From the NCBI GenBank assembly GCA_963711735.1, contig CAVQFA010000005.1, positions 269,778 through 333,777 on the forward strand: a DNA stretch of 64,000 nucleotides, given 5' to 3'. The notes beneath the pieces are model-generated. The model saw only the letters and a list, made by a program, of their open reading frames with translations, made no database searches and was not told where the DNA came from. Shown here piece by piece: positions 9,676 through 19,053 of this stretch. The position numbers were made by a program, and so were the translations under genes. The DNA comes from Candidatus Gottesmanbacteria bacterium (GTDB lineage: Bacteria > Patescibacteriota > Microgenomatia > UBA10105 > UBA927). Positions within the stretch are counted from its first letter, which is position 1, and the number at the start of each line of letters is the position of its first letter.

Positions 9676-9870
9676 ATGGATACTCCGGATACACGCGCGG
9701 GATCACCCATAACTGTTACTGAGGATAAACCGTTAGGTAAAACTACAATTGTTGTCGGATCGTCCGGTCAGATATATATAAACATAAGAACTGTAGATCG
9801 TTATCTCGAAGAACGCGATGAATTAGTAGATTTAACTCCCGGTGTATATAACCAACCATATGAGGATTAA
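9676..9870 (+). CDS. Hypothetical small protein (64 aa; the longer ORF begins at 9625)
   Basis: RBS aaaggagaag 6 nt upstream of the ATG at 9676. No recognisable motif. Confidence 0.3.
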   Translation: MDTPDTRAGSPITVTEDKPLGKTTIVVGSSGQIYINIRTVDRYLEERDELVDLTPGVYNQPYED

Positions 9871-9926
9871 AATATTATTATGTAAATATCCGTATTGCAT
9901 AATATTGTAGAGATAATATTGTATGC

Positions 9927-10727
9927 ATGAAAAAACAGAATAAACGTCATATCTCAGCAAAAGCTCCGGTTATAGGTGGTAAACAGTACCATATAGCATG
10001 CGGTCCGGAGGACGTTGCTAAATCAGTTCTTCTTCCCGGTGATCCGGAACGGGTCGGGAAAATTACCTCCCTCTGGGAGAGTGCAAAAGAAATTGCATCA
10101 CATCGCGAGTATCATACTATGACCGGAAAATATAAAGGCGTTCCGATTACATGCACATCAACAGGCATAGGTTCACCGTCTCTGGGGATTGCAGTAGAGG
10201 AGCTTTCAAGAATCGGTGTAGACACATTTATCCGTGTGGGAACATGCGGGGCCCTTCAAAAAGACATGAAAATTGGCGATGTAGTCATTTCTACCGGTGC
10301 TGTCCGGTTTGACGGTGCATCGAAAGATTATGTTACACCGGAGTATCCCGCGATTGCACATTATCAGGTTGTGGAGGCGCTTATTCAGTCAGCCAAAGAC
10401 CTGCAAATCCCGTATCACGTTGGGATTACCGCATCTGCAGATTCGTTTTACTGCGGACAGGGGAGACCGGGGTATAATGGATACCTTCCGAGTTTCAAAG
10501 AACACATCCTTTCTGATATGGTGAAAGCAGGTGTGAAGAATTTTGAAATGGAGGTATCCTGTCTCCTGACTCTCACGTCACTTTTTGGTAAACGCGGAGG
10601 TGCAGTATGCGTCGTTATTGCCAACCGGGTAACTGATGAATTTGAAATAACTGATGAATTTGAAAAACGTCCCGGATTGATTGCGTCACAGGCTATAGTA
10701 AATCTTTATAAGAAATATTCCGGCTGA
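9927..10727 (+). CDS. deoD: Purine nucleoside phosphorylase / uridine phosphorylase, family 1 (DeoD-type)
   Basis: LLPGDPERVGKI, TGIGSPSLGIAVEEL and VGTCGAL motifs of the PNP/UDP-1 family. Confidence 0.75.
   Translation: MKKQNKRHISAKAPVIGGKQYHIACGPEDVAKSVLLPGDPERVGKITSLWESAKEIASHREYHTMTGKYKGVPITCTSTGIGSPSLGIAVEELSRIGVDTFIRVGTCGALQKDMKIGDVVISTGAVRFDGASKDYVTPEYPAIAHYQVVEALIQSAKDLQIPYHVGITASADSFYCGQGRPGYNGYLPSFKEHILSDMVKAGVKNFEMEVSCLLTLTSLFGKRGGAVCVVIANRVTDEFEITDEFEKRPGLIASQAIVNLYKKYSG
10631..10666 (+). repeat. In-frame 18-bp tandem duplication inside the PNP gene
   Basis: aactgatgaatttgaaat followed by aactgatgaatttgaaaa, encoding TDEFEI-TDEFEK near the C-terminus. Confidence 0.8.
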
Positions 10728-10784
10728 ATATTTTTCAATAATTTGAGTACTTGACTGCATATACTATTTTGGTACGATTGTAAA

Positions 10785-10815
10785 AAGCGCTCGCTTTTGG
10801 AGCGCTTCGTTGTTT
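10785..10815 (+). terminator. Rho-independent terminator-like hairpin between PNP and guaB
   Basis: aagcgctc gcttttg gagcgctt is an 8-bp stem, followed by cgttgtttta. It ends about 20 nt before the guaB RBS. Confidence 0.4.
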
Positions 10816-10838
10816 TATAGGGGTTGAAGGAGGGTCCT

Positions 10839-11966
10839 ATGAAAAGCAAACAATCCGTTATCGAAAACAAAATAGTCCGTCATGAAGCGCTTACTTTTGA
10901 CGATATTCTCCTTCTCCCTAACTACACGGACATTAAACGCCAGGACGTGGATTTAACGAGTGTTCTTCACCCGAGATTAATACTGAGACTTCCGATAATT
11001 TCCTCTCCCATGGATACGGTAACCGAGGCAGATATGGCAATAGCACTTGCCAGAGCCGGAGGACTTGGGGTTATACACCGGAATATGCCAATAGAAAAGC
11101 AGGCAGAAATGGTGGTACATGTCAAACAGGCAAACAGGGAAAAACCATTACTCGTTGCTGCCGCTGTCGGTGTCGGAACGGATTTCGAAGACAGGGTGAA
11201 AATTTTACTAAAAGCAAAAACTGATTGTATATGCGTTGACAGCAGCCATGGTCATTCACATTTTGTCATTGAAGCCGTGAGATATATAGGAAAGACATTT
11301 CCTGACACCGTAATTATGGCCGGGAATATCGCAACGTATGACGGAGCAAAAGCACTCATGAAAGCAGGAGCACATATACTTCGTGTCGGTATGGGACCGG
11401 GTAGTATCTGTACCACGAGGATTGTAACCGGTATGGGTGTTCCGCAGATAAGTGCATTGTCTGCAGTCGTTCGCGCTACAGACGGATCCGATGTAACGGT
11501 GGTTGCCGATGGAGGGATTAAACAGATGGGAGATATCGCCAAAGCTATTGCATTCGGAGCAAACGCAGTCATGATGGGATCCTTGTTTGCCCGTTTTGAC
11601 GAGTCTCCTGGCGAAAAAGTAGAAGTGAACGGAAAGACGTATAAAACATACAGGGGTATGGGATCTGTTTCTGCCATGAAAAAAGGAGGGGCAGAACGGT
11701 ACGGACAATCACGGAATACGGATACAAAAAAATTAATCGCAGAAGGTGTAGAAGGATTGGTTGAATATGAAGGTAGCGTGAATGATTATCTTGATCAGAT
11801 TATAGGGAGTTTACGCTCCTCATTTTATTATATGGGTGCAAAAACTATGCCTGAATATTTTGAAACTACCCGCGCAATAAAAATATCAAACGCAGGGCTT
11901 ATAGAATCCCATCCGCACAGTATCATGCTTACCGATACGGGGGGAAATTACAATATGAAAAGGTAA
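10839..11966 (+). CDS. guaB: IMP dehydrogenase, a short form without the CBS subdomain
   Basis: Active-site loop GSICTTR and the IGGG..GD motifs. RBS gaaggaggg precedes the ATG at 10839. guaA lies immediately downstream. Confidence 0.75.
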   Translation: MKSKQSVIENKIVRHEALTFDDILLLPNYTDIKRQDVDLTSVLHPRLILRLPIISSPMDTVTEADMAIALARAGGLGVIHRNMPIEKQAEMVVHVKQANREKPLLVAAAVGVGTDFEDRVKILLKAKTDCICVDSSHGHSHFVIEAVRYIGKTFPDTVIMAGNIATYDGAKALMKAGAHILRVGMGPGSICTTRIVTGMGVPQISALSAVVRATDGSDVTVVADGGIKQMGDIAKAIAFGANAVMMGSLFARFDESPGEKVEVNGKTYKTYRGMGSVSAMKKGGAERYGQSRNTDTKKLIAEGVEGLVEYEGSVNDYLDQIIGSLRSSFYYMGAKTMPEYFETTRAIKISNAGLIESHPHSIMLTDTGGNYNMKR

Positions 11967-11971
11967 ATACT

Positions 11972-13489
11972 ATGATAGTTATTATTGATTTCGGTTCCCA
12001 AACTGCTCATCTTATTTCCCGTAGACTTTCCGATATGAGTGTTGATTCCAAACTCGTGGATCCTCAGGACGCATTGAAAGAAATTACGGATAATCATGCG
12101 GAAGGAATTATTTTATCCGGAGGGCCGGCCTCTGTATTCGAATCGGGTGCTCCGACAATCGATAAATCCGTTTTCGATCTTAAAATACCGGTCCTCGGTA
12201 TCTGTTATGGATGGCAATTAATGGCGTATTTATTACAAGGACATGTAGAGGCGGGCAGAAAGGAATACGGACCGAAAAAGCTTACCATTTGTGAATTCTC
12301 CGATTTTTTTTACGGTTTACCGGATGAAACGCAGGTATTTGAATCCCATGGTACGACGGTATATGAATTACCTCCCGGTTTTGAGGTAACCGGTTCGACT
12401 GACGCTGATGCTAATGCCGCCGTCAAAAATTCCGATAAAAAATTCTTTGGTGTCCAGTTTCATCCCGAAGTCCAGCATACCCGACACGGAAAACAGATGC
12501 TAAAAAATTTTGTCACACGGATCTGTAATGTTGGAATTAAGCCGAAATCTATCGATACCGATGGTATGATTGCAGAAATTAAGGCAAAAGTCGGAAAGAG
12601 CAGAGTGATCGGTGCCTTCTCCGGAGGAACGGATTCATCGGTTGCAGGTACTCTGGTAGCCCGTGCCATCGGAAAACGATTTATCCCGGTTTACATAGAT
12701 AGCGGCCTGGTACGAGATGAGGCAACCCAGCGGGTACATACAATATTCCCTAAAATTCTTGGTGTTCCGATACGTATTGTGGACGCGAGGAAAGAATTCC
12801 TTACCGCGCTTAAAGGAGTGACGGATCCGGAGCAGAAAAGAAAGGTCATCGGAAGGATGTATATCGAACTGTTCGATAGAGTCGCAAGTGAATATCCGGA
12901 TGCCGTCTTCCTTCTTCAGGGTACGACGTATGCGGACTTTATCCATTCCAAAGGCTCCAAAAGATCAGCACTCATTAAAAGCCACCATAATGTCGGTGGG
13001 TTACCGGAAAACATGAAACTGAAACTCCTCGAACCAATCCGATATTATTACACCGATCAGGTCCGGAAAATCGGTCTCAAACTTGGTCTTCCGAAAAATA
13101 TTGTTTTCCAGCAGCCGTTCCCGGGACCGGGTCATGCAGTGCGTATAATCGGAGAGATAACGGAAATGCGTCTTTCAAAACAGAAACTCGCCGATGCTAT
13201 TGTGGTTGAAGAGTTGAAGAAAGTTGGCTGGTACGAAAAAGTTTTTCAGTGTTGGTCTGTTTTAACCGGTCTAAAAAGTACTGCAGTCAAGGGCGATGAA
13301 CGGGCATATGCGGAAGTGATTGCAGTCAGAATTATTTCGACGAAAGATCGGATGAGTGTCGATTGGGTGTATTTACCCAAGCACGTCTACGCTGCCATTT
13401 CAACCAGAATCGTAAATGAGGTTCCGGATGTATCCCGCGTCGTCTACGATATCACCACGAAACCTCCGGCAACGATGGAGTGGGAGTGA
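11972..13489 (+). CDS. guaA: GMP synthase (glutamine-hydrolysing)
   Basis: An N-terminal GATase domain, an ATP-PPase SGGTDSSV motif and a C-terminal dimerisation domain ending ...PPATMEWE. Confidence 0.9.
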   Translation: MIVIIDFGSQTAHLISRRLSDMSVDSKLVDPQDALKEITDNHAEGIILSGGPASVFESGAPTIDKSVFDLKIPVLGICYGWQLMAYLLQGHVEAGRKEYGPKKLTICEFSDFFYGLPDETQVFESHGTTVYELPPGFEVTGSTDADANAAVKNSDKKFFGVQFHPEVQHTRHGKQMLKNFVTRICNVGIKPKSIDTDGMIAEIKAKVGKSRVIGAFSGGTDSSVAGTLVARAIGKRFIPVYIDSGLVRDEATQRVHTIFPKILGVPIRIVDARKEFLTALKGVTDPEQKRKVIGRMYIELFDRVASEYPDAVFLLQGTTYADFIHSKGSKRSALIKSHHNVGGLPENMKLKLLEPIRYYYTDQVRKIGLKLGLPKNIVFQQPFPGPGHAVRIIGEITEMRLSKQKLADAIVVEELKKVGWYEKVFQCWSVLTGLKSTAVKGDERAYAEVIAVRIISTKDRMSVDWVYLPKHVYAAISTRIVNEVPDVSRVVYDITTKPPATMEWE

Positions 13490-13570
13490 CTCTAACTTAT
13501 TTTCAGAACGATCGGGAAAGAATTCAAGCTCGTGTAGCCGGACCGTTTGAAAATTTTGTGAATATTTCTA

Positions 13571-14482
13571 TTACTCCCGAATTATCTGCATTAACAGTTT
13601 CAATTTTTCTACAGAACCTGTAAATTCCCCATGAACATTTTCAAGAACAAAATCCGCTTTGTGTGGCGCAAACCACAGATCCATCACTGCATCCGCAGAT
13701 CGTTCAATTGGATCATCATTCGGGCGAAGATAAAATATTCTCTGGATTTGCTCCCTCATATTCAATCCGGAATAAATGATAAAAAGTTTATATGCTGGTA
13801 TTTCGGAATGCGATTTATGAAGCCATTGAATGATGCTATCCTGACCGGAACTATTTACGACGCAGAAAAGAAACGGAGGTTGTCTGTTGATTGCCTCCTC
13901 TATTATTTTAATATTAGTGCCGTATCTACCTTCGAATGAACCTGTTTCGATAAAGGGATTAGGTTTAACTTTTTTAAGTATTTCCATTTGTTCTTCGGTA
14001 ATGTGAACATACTGTCCGGAGAATACGCCATTAATTTGGGGTTTATCATGCAGCCGAATTTCTGCAATAGGTTTATCTGATGGTCTCAGATGATTAGCTT
14101 TAATTGTCGGAATTAATACACTATATGGAGGAGTATCAGTTTCTTCTCCCCACAATAAACTGTTGACAGCCATAGTCAATACTGTTTTTCCTCCTGCGGT
14201 AGGTGCATCCGGAAGGAGAAGAATGGTAGGTGCCGCTGATGCAATACCCAGATTTTTACGTTTGTATGCAATCGCTCGATCATCATCTACGATCGGATAA
14301 AAGTCACGCCACTTATTACTGAGGTTAAATAATAAACCCAGAGATAATGGCTCATTCGATTCCAAAAGACGGTTAAAAAAGGCGATGCACGGTCTTGATT
14401 TGCATACTAAGTGCGACCGAATCTGATCAATCGTGTCTGCCGGTAAAGACGGGTATTCGGAGATAAGTTCTGGTGATCCCAT
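13571..14482 (-). CDS. Hypothetical P-loop protein with an internal Walker A motif
   Basis: 303 aa. PDAPTAGGKT lies about 90 aa from the N-terminus. I see no confident family match. Confidence 0.4.
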   Translation of the reverse strand: MGSPELISEYPSLPADTIDQIRSHLVCKSRPCIAFFNRLLESNEPLSLGLLFNLSNKWRDFYPIVDDDRAIAYKRKNLGIASAAPTILLLPDAPTAGGKTVLTMAVNSLLWGEETDTPPYSVLIPTIKANHLRPSDKPIAEIRLHDKPQINGVFSGQYVHITEEQMEILKKVKPNPFIETGSFEGRYGTNIKIIEEAINRQPPFLFCVVNSSGQDSIIQWLHKSHSEIPAYKLFIIYSGLNMREQIQRIFYLRPNDDPIERSADAVMDLWFAPHKADFVLENVHGEFTGSVEKLKLLMQIIRE

Positions 14483-14529
14483 ATTTTCACGTTATTATGC
14501 GCTTTTTACTCGAAATTTAGATAAAAGGA

Positions 14530-14575
14530 CAGTATCGAAACGAATAGTATCAAATTTATCCTGTAGTATCAATTT
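14530..14575. promoter_or_regulatory. Three direct repeats of AGTATC(G/A)A in a divergent promoter region; candidate operator
   Basis: cagtatcgaaa (14530-40), tagtatcaaat (14545-55) and tagtatcaatt (14564-74). They sit between the divergent genes starting at 14482 (-) and 14604 (+). Confidence 0.35.
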
Positions 14576-14603
14576 TTGAAGCTATTTGATAGAATAATCG
14601 ATC

Positions 14604-14975
14604 ATGTCAGTCGGAAAAGAACAAATAATCATTTGCGGACCGGATGTTGTTGAAATTAACGGAAAAAGAATAAGCAGAAATGATTTTGGTATCGGTCGTT
14701 TAGGTGATGACGCGTGGTTAATGATCAGTGCAGGAACAATGTGTGCAGCTATTATTGATGGACAACAATGTAATTCTTTTGGTATAGAAACGATCGATTT
14801 TGATGTGATTGGTGACCCTGACATTCTTCCTGATTGTGGCCCGGAACACAGAAGAATAATAGAACAAATTATTACAGATGAGCTAGCTCAGCAAGAATCG
14901 GTCAACTGTGTTTGGCCGCAATGGATTTCGGAAGAACATCTTCAAGATAATCCGGGTATTTATATTTTATCTTGA
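14604..14975 (+). CDS. Hypothetical protein
   Basis: 123-aa ORF with no recognisable motif, divergent from the P-loop gene. Confidence 0.35.
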   Translation: MSVGKEQIIICGPDVVEINGKRISRNDFGIGRLGDDAWLMISAGTMCAAIIDGQQCNSFGIETIDFDVIGDPDILPDCGPEHRRIIEQIITDELAQQESVNCVWPQWISEEHLQDNPGIYILS

Positions 14976-15017
14976 GTACAATATTATTTTTATAATGTCT
15001 GAAATTATGAACTTACT

Positions 15018-15968
15018 ATGACTCCGGATAATCATCCATCCGATTCGGGCAATTGTCCGGAATTAAATGAATACGACACTACCGGTTTTTCTGCGGTGGT
15101 TTTGTGCACCGCGGCAGGATCATTGAAATACCGGGGTATGGCCCAAAAAGTACACTTCATGGGTCTGCCATATGAGCGTATCGGTTCTGCATCAGCGCAT
15201 ACCATTCAGGAAGGTAAATATAATGAGGCTCTTTCAAACCGTCCCGATCTCGTTGCCGCAGTCAAATGTCTGCAGATAGTCACAAGGTATCCCGGTATTA
15301 TCGACGGGTTGTTCGGGGAAGTATGTGCAAATGATATCCGTTCATATCCGGTTGCGTTTATTGCCAACGATATTATGCTTGATTTACGCCGGGCAGACGG
15401 TTCCTGGAAGGCATTACAAAAACCATCCGAATCAGCATCACGGGATGAATTGGTAGAATCACTTCACTTGTATTTAACGGGTAAGCAATACTCGTGTGAC
15501 GGTGTAACGGAAGGGAGATTCCGTTGCGGTGCAGCATGTGCGGTGGTGCTTCCTGATGGCAGCATCCGCGGAATTGCAGGAACAATGAAGCTTTATTTCT
15601 GGTTTCATACATTTACACCTTCGGAAATATCTGAGTATGTAGAAGCAAATGAAACCCGGTTATCATCGACCAATTTTGGGCTTCATTGGGAACAACCTTT
15701 ACTTTCCAGCCATATCCGGTCCATAAACGGTGTGGAAAGGACTGAAGATGATTTCCCCTACATAACGCAATATTTTCAAAGTTTTATCCTTGGAGAACTT
15801 CCCGGATTACCGTCTCTGCTGCAATCGGCAGACATATACAGGCAAAAGCACTCTCACGGTCAGATTACTCCGGAGGTTAAAAAATGTATGCGTGGTTTGC
15901 TTAAAGAGAATGGGAAACCACTTCATGTTTCTGATGCAGAGTGGGGTGCCTGGAATGTCGGTATGTAG
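15018..15968 (+). CDS. Hypothetical protein
   Basis: 316-aa ORF in the same orientation as 14604-14975. No confident family assignment. Confidence 0.4.
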   Translation: MTPDNHPSDSGNCPELNEYDTTGFSAVVLCTAAGSLKYRGMAQKVHFMGLPYERIGSASAHTIQEGKYNEALSNRPDLVAAVKCLQIVTRYPGIIDGLFGEVCANDIRSYPVAFIANDIMLDLRRADGSWKALQKPSESASRDELVESLHLYLTGKQYSCDGVTEGRFRCGAACAVVLPDGSIRGIAGTMKLYFWFHTFTPSEISEYVEANETRLSSTNFGLHWEQPLLSSHIRSINGVERTEDDFPYITQYFQSFILGELPGLPSLLQSADIYRQKHSHGQITPEVKKCMRGLLKENGKPLHVSDAEWGAWNVGM

Positions 15969-16037
15969 GACGGAGTGGAGGATTTATATACATATTAAGT
16001 ATTTGCCTTTGACCTCGGTATCAATTATTATGAACGC

Positions 16038-17354
16038 ATGATCCTGAAGAATATTGATCCCGAGGTATGCACACTTATATCCCGTGAAGAGAATCGTCAG
16101 AAAGACGTGCTTGAAATGATCCCCTCGGAAAACTATACCTCCCGGGCAGTCATGGAAGCTCTCGGATCGGTCTTCACGAATAAGTATTCTGAAGGATATC
16201 CGGGGAAACGATACTATCAGGGAAATGCAATAGCAGATGAAGTAGAGATGCTTGCGCAGGAGCGGGCTAAAAAACTCTTTCGTGTTCCGTATGTGAATGT
16301 CCAGGCACTATCAGGATCTCCGGCAAATACGGCTGTTTATATGGCGCTTCTTGAGTATAAAGATTCCATTATGGGCATGTCACTTCGTTCCGGTGGGCAT
16401 CTGACTCACGGTGCTCCGCACACATTCTCGAGTAAATTCTTTTCTGCAGTTAATTATGAGTTGGGTAACGACAGTCTCCTTGATTACGTTTCAATAGAAG
16501 AGATGGCCTTGAAGGTGAAACCGAAGATAATCGTATGCGGGTTTACTGCATACCCCCGGAGGATTGATTTCAGGAGATTCGGGGAAATTGCAGAAAAGGT
16601 AGGTGCGTATCTTCTTGCGGACATTTCCCATATAGCTGGCCTTATCGTAGGCGGAGCTCACGAAAGCCCGGTCCCGTTTGCGCATATCGTAACGACTACG
16701 ACACATAAAACACTTCGCGGTCCGAGAGGAGCTCTCATTATGGTGACCGAAAAGGGAATTGCAAAAGATCCCGATTTACCGAAAAAAATCGATAGCGCAA
16801 TTATCCCCGGATTGCAGGGTGGCCCGCATGACAACCAAACTGCGGCAATAGCCGTTGCTCTCAAAGAAGCAGGGAATCCGTCATTCAAAACTTATGCAAA
16901 ACAAATTGTGAAAAACAGCCAATCTTTGGCGAAAGCACTGATTGCGAACGGTTTTAATCTGGTAAGTGGTGGCACGGACAATCACCTTATTCTTGTTGAT
17001 CTGAGATCCAATGGTGTCAATGGTGCTATAGCGGCACTTGCACTTGAGAAAGCGGGGATTGTTACCAATAAAAACGGTATACCAAATGATCCTATGCCTC
17101 CTTTTTATCCAAGCGGAATCAGGCTCGGTACTCCTGCTATTACGACCCGGGGAATGAAGGAATCGGATATGAGTGCGATCGCACAATGGTTTAAAAAAAC
17201 CATTTCTGAAGTCTCTGAGTATCACATTCCTGACGATAAGGAAAAGAGGATTGAATATATACGGAAATTTCGTACTGAATTAGCATCAAATAAGAATCTC
17301 AAACATATTTCCGATGAAGTTAGATTATTTTGTCGTCGCTTTCCTGTCCCTTAA
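16038..17354 (+). CDS. glyA: Serine hydroxymethyltransferase
   Basis: DPEVCTLISREENRQ, EMIPSENYTS and the PLP-Lys region TTTTHKTLRGPRG. Confidence 0.9.
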   Translation: MILKNIDPEVCTLISREENRQKDVLEMIPSENYTSRAVMEALGSVFTNKYSEGYPGKRYYQGNAIADEVEMLAQERAKKLFRVPYVNVQALSGSPANTAVYMALLEYKDSIMGMSLRSGGHLTHGAPHTFSSKFFSAVNYELGNDSLLDYVSIEEMALKVKPKIIVCGFTAYPRRIDFRRFGEIAEKVGAYLLADISHIAGLIVGGAHESPVPFAHIVTTTTHKTLRGPRGALIMVTEKGIAKDPDLPKKIDSAIIPGLQGGPHDNQTAAIAVALKEAGNPSFKTYAKQIVKNSQSLAKALIANGFNLVSGGTDNHLILVDLRSNGVNGAIAALALEKAGIVTNKNGIPNDPMPPFYPSGIRLGTPAITTRGMKESDMSAIAQWFKKTISEVSEYHIPDDKEKRIEYIRKFRTELASNKNLKHISDEVRLFCRRFPVP

Positions 17355-17407
17355 ATCCGTTTCATACCAAACTTTACACCGTACTATATAGTCGAATGAT
17401 AGAAAGT

Positions 17408-17437
17408 TCGGCTTTGTTCTTTGAAAGCCGAGTTTTT
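17408..17437 (+). terminator. Rho-independent terminator after glyA
   Basis: tcggcttt gttctttg aaagccga hairpin followed by gttttt. Confidence 0.55.
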
Positions 17438-17601
17438 GACTCTGAGAAAGAGACTGTATAAATAGGTTTAAAATATATTCCTATTGTGTTCATAATGTTA
17501 TTTCTGATATACTTCCATCTATTACACACATCCGGATGATATCTTCTTCGGTAAAAACCGCGACCGGATGGAGGAGAAAAAGAAGATACGAAGAAGGTTT
17601 T

Positions 17602-17629
17602 GGCACCGTCGTATCGGTGCTATTTTTTT
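17602..17629 (+). terminator. Hairpin plus U-tract 28 nt upstream of the rpsB start
   Basis: ggcaccg tcgtat cggtgc followed by tattttttt. Confidence 0.35.
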
Positions 17630-17656
17630 GATTGGTAAGTTAGCGAATGCATTCAT

Positions 17657-18538
17657 ATGGCAACAATAACCTTACAGGAACTACTCGAAGCCGGATGTCA
17701 TTTCGGTCATAAATCAGAGCGCTGGTATCCTACAGCGAGTGAATTTATATATACCGAAAAAGACGGTATTCACATTATTGATCTTGCAAAAACCAAGGAA
17801 GCGCTTGAACGGGCGATTGCATTTGTCCGCGATACGGTTGCATCAGGCGGGGAAATTCTTTTTGTTGCCACAAAGAGGCAGGCGAAAGATATCGTAAAAG
17901 AAATGGCAACAGATGCAAAAGCACCGTATTTTACCGAACGGTGGGTCGGAGGGTATCTCACAAACTGGGATTCTATCCGGAAAAATATTGAGAAGGCAAA
18001 TACTATGGCTGTTGATGAAGCATCCGGCGGATGGAAGAAGTTTCCCAAACACGAGCAGGTAAAGCTTGGGAAAATGCTCAAGAAACTGAACATGTTTTAT
18101 GGAGGCGTTCTTGATCTTCATATCATGCCGAAAGCACTCTTTATCATTGATGTCCGAAGGGAAGATCTGGTTGTCCGTGAAGCCCACAGAGTAAATATAC
18201 CGATTGTTGCTGTTGTTGATACCAATTCCGATCCGCGCGGTATTGATTATGTCATTCCCGCTAACGATGATGCTGTCGGTTCCATCAGGCTTATCACAAA
18301 ACTTATAATTTCTGCATATACTGAGGGGAAGAAGATCCGTGAGGTTGAAACGAAAACAGAAGAAGTACCGAAAGCGGAAACTAAAAAAAGTATGGAAAAA
18401 GCTGAGCCTTCACCAAAAGCAGTGAAAGCACCGGTAGCTGATGAAAAAAAGCCGGTGATTAAAGAAAGCATCAAACAGGAAACAGATACCGTAAAAGAAG
18501 CTCCCAAAAAACGCGGTCGTCCGAAAAAAATAAAATAA
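17657..18538 (+). CDS. rpsB: 30S ribosomal protein S2 with a Lys/Glu-rich C-terminal extension of about 60 aa
   Basis: MATITLQELLEAGCHFGHKSERW. The C-terminus ends ...APKKRGRPKKIK, an AT-hook-like GRP motif. Confidence 0.9.
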   Translation: MATITLQELLEAGCHFGHKSERWYPTASEFIYTEKDGIHIIDLAKTKEALERAIAFVRDTVASGGEILFVATKRQAKDIVKEMATDAKAPYFTERWVGGYLTNWDSIRKNIEKANTMAVDEASGGWKKFPKHEQVKLGKMLKKLNMFYGGVLDLHIMPKALFIIDVRREDLVVREAHRVNIPIVAVVDTNSDPRGIDYVIPANDDAVGSIRLITKLIISAYTEGKKIREVETKTEEVPKAETKKSMEKAEPSPKAVKAPVADEKKPVIKESIKQETDTVKEAPKKRGRPKKIK

Positions 18539-18542
18539 TTTT

Positions 18543-19001
18543 ATGAATATATCACTGGACCAGTTAAAAAAACTCCGTGAAGAGACTCAGGCAGGTGTAT
18601 CTGACTGCAGACAGGCTCTTGAGGATGCTGAAGGAGACTTCGCAAAAGCAAAAAAAATTCTCCAAAAGCGGGGAATGGAGAAAGCGGCTAAAAAGGAAGG
18701 TAAAGAGACTTCTGAAGGTGTCATTGAATCATATGTACATGCCAACGGGAAAATCGGCGTACTTCTGGAGCTTAAGTCAGAAACAGATTTCGTATCGCGC
18801 AATGACGAGTTCAAAAAGCTTGCACATGAGATTGCCATGCAGATAGCAGCTATGAACCCGAAAAACGTGAAGACGCTTCTGGCAAGTGCATATATCCGTG
18901 ATGCATCACAGACCATTGAAGAACTCCTCAAGATAACAATTGCAAAAGTCGGAGAAAACATTCAGATTACGCGCTTTATCCGTTACCAGCTAGGGGAATA
19001 A
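18543..19001 (+). CDS. tsf: Elongation factor Ts, a short 152-aa form
   Basis: N-terminal UBA-like LKKLREETQAGVSDCRQALEDAEGDFAKAKKIL. It lies directly downstream of rpsB. Confidence 0.8.
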   Translation: MNISLDQLKKLREETQAGVSDCRQALEDAEGDFAKAKKILQKRGMEKAAKKEGKETSEGVIESYVHANGKIGVLLELKSETDFVSRNDEFKKLAHEIAMQIAAMNPKNVKTLLASAYIRDASQTIEELLKITIAKVGENIQITRFIRYQLGE

Positions 19002-19053
19002 TTCCGTACGTTTCTCACTTCTTGACCTTTTAAGTATCTATACCGTATGATAG

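Noticed and set aside
10751-10766. TTGACT ... TATACT promoter upstream of guaB
   Set aside because: The two hexamers are only 3 nt apart, so the spacing is incompatible with a sigma-70 -35/-10 pair.
11252-11708. Two minus-strand ORFs of 141 and 150 aa inside guaB
   Set aside because: They are fully embedded antisense in a well-conserved IMPDH gene. They are Cys- and His-rich, low-complexity translations with no motifs.
17556-17668. 33-aa ORF (MEEKKKIRRRFWHRRIGAIFLIGKLANAFIWQQ) in the rpsB leader
   Set aside because: It overlaps the hairpin and U-tract and runs into the rpsB start in another frame. It has no convincing RBS and is probably not coding.
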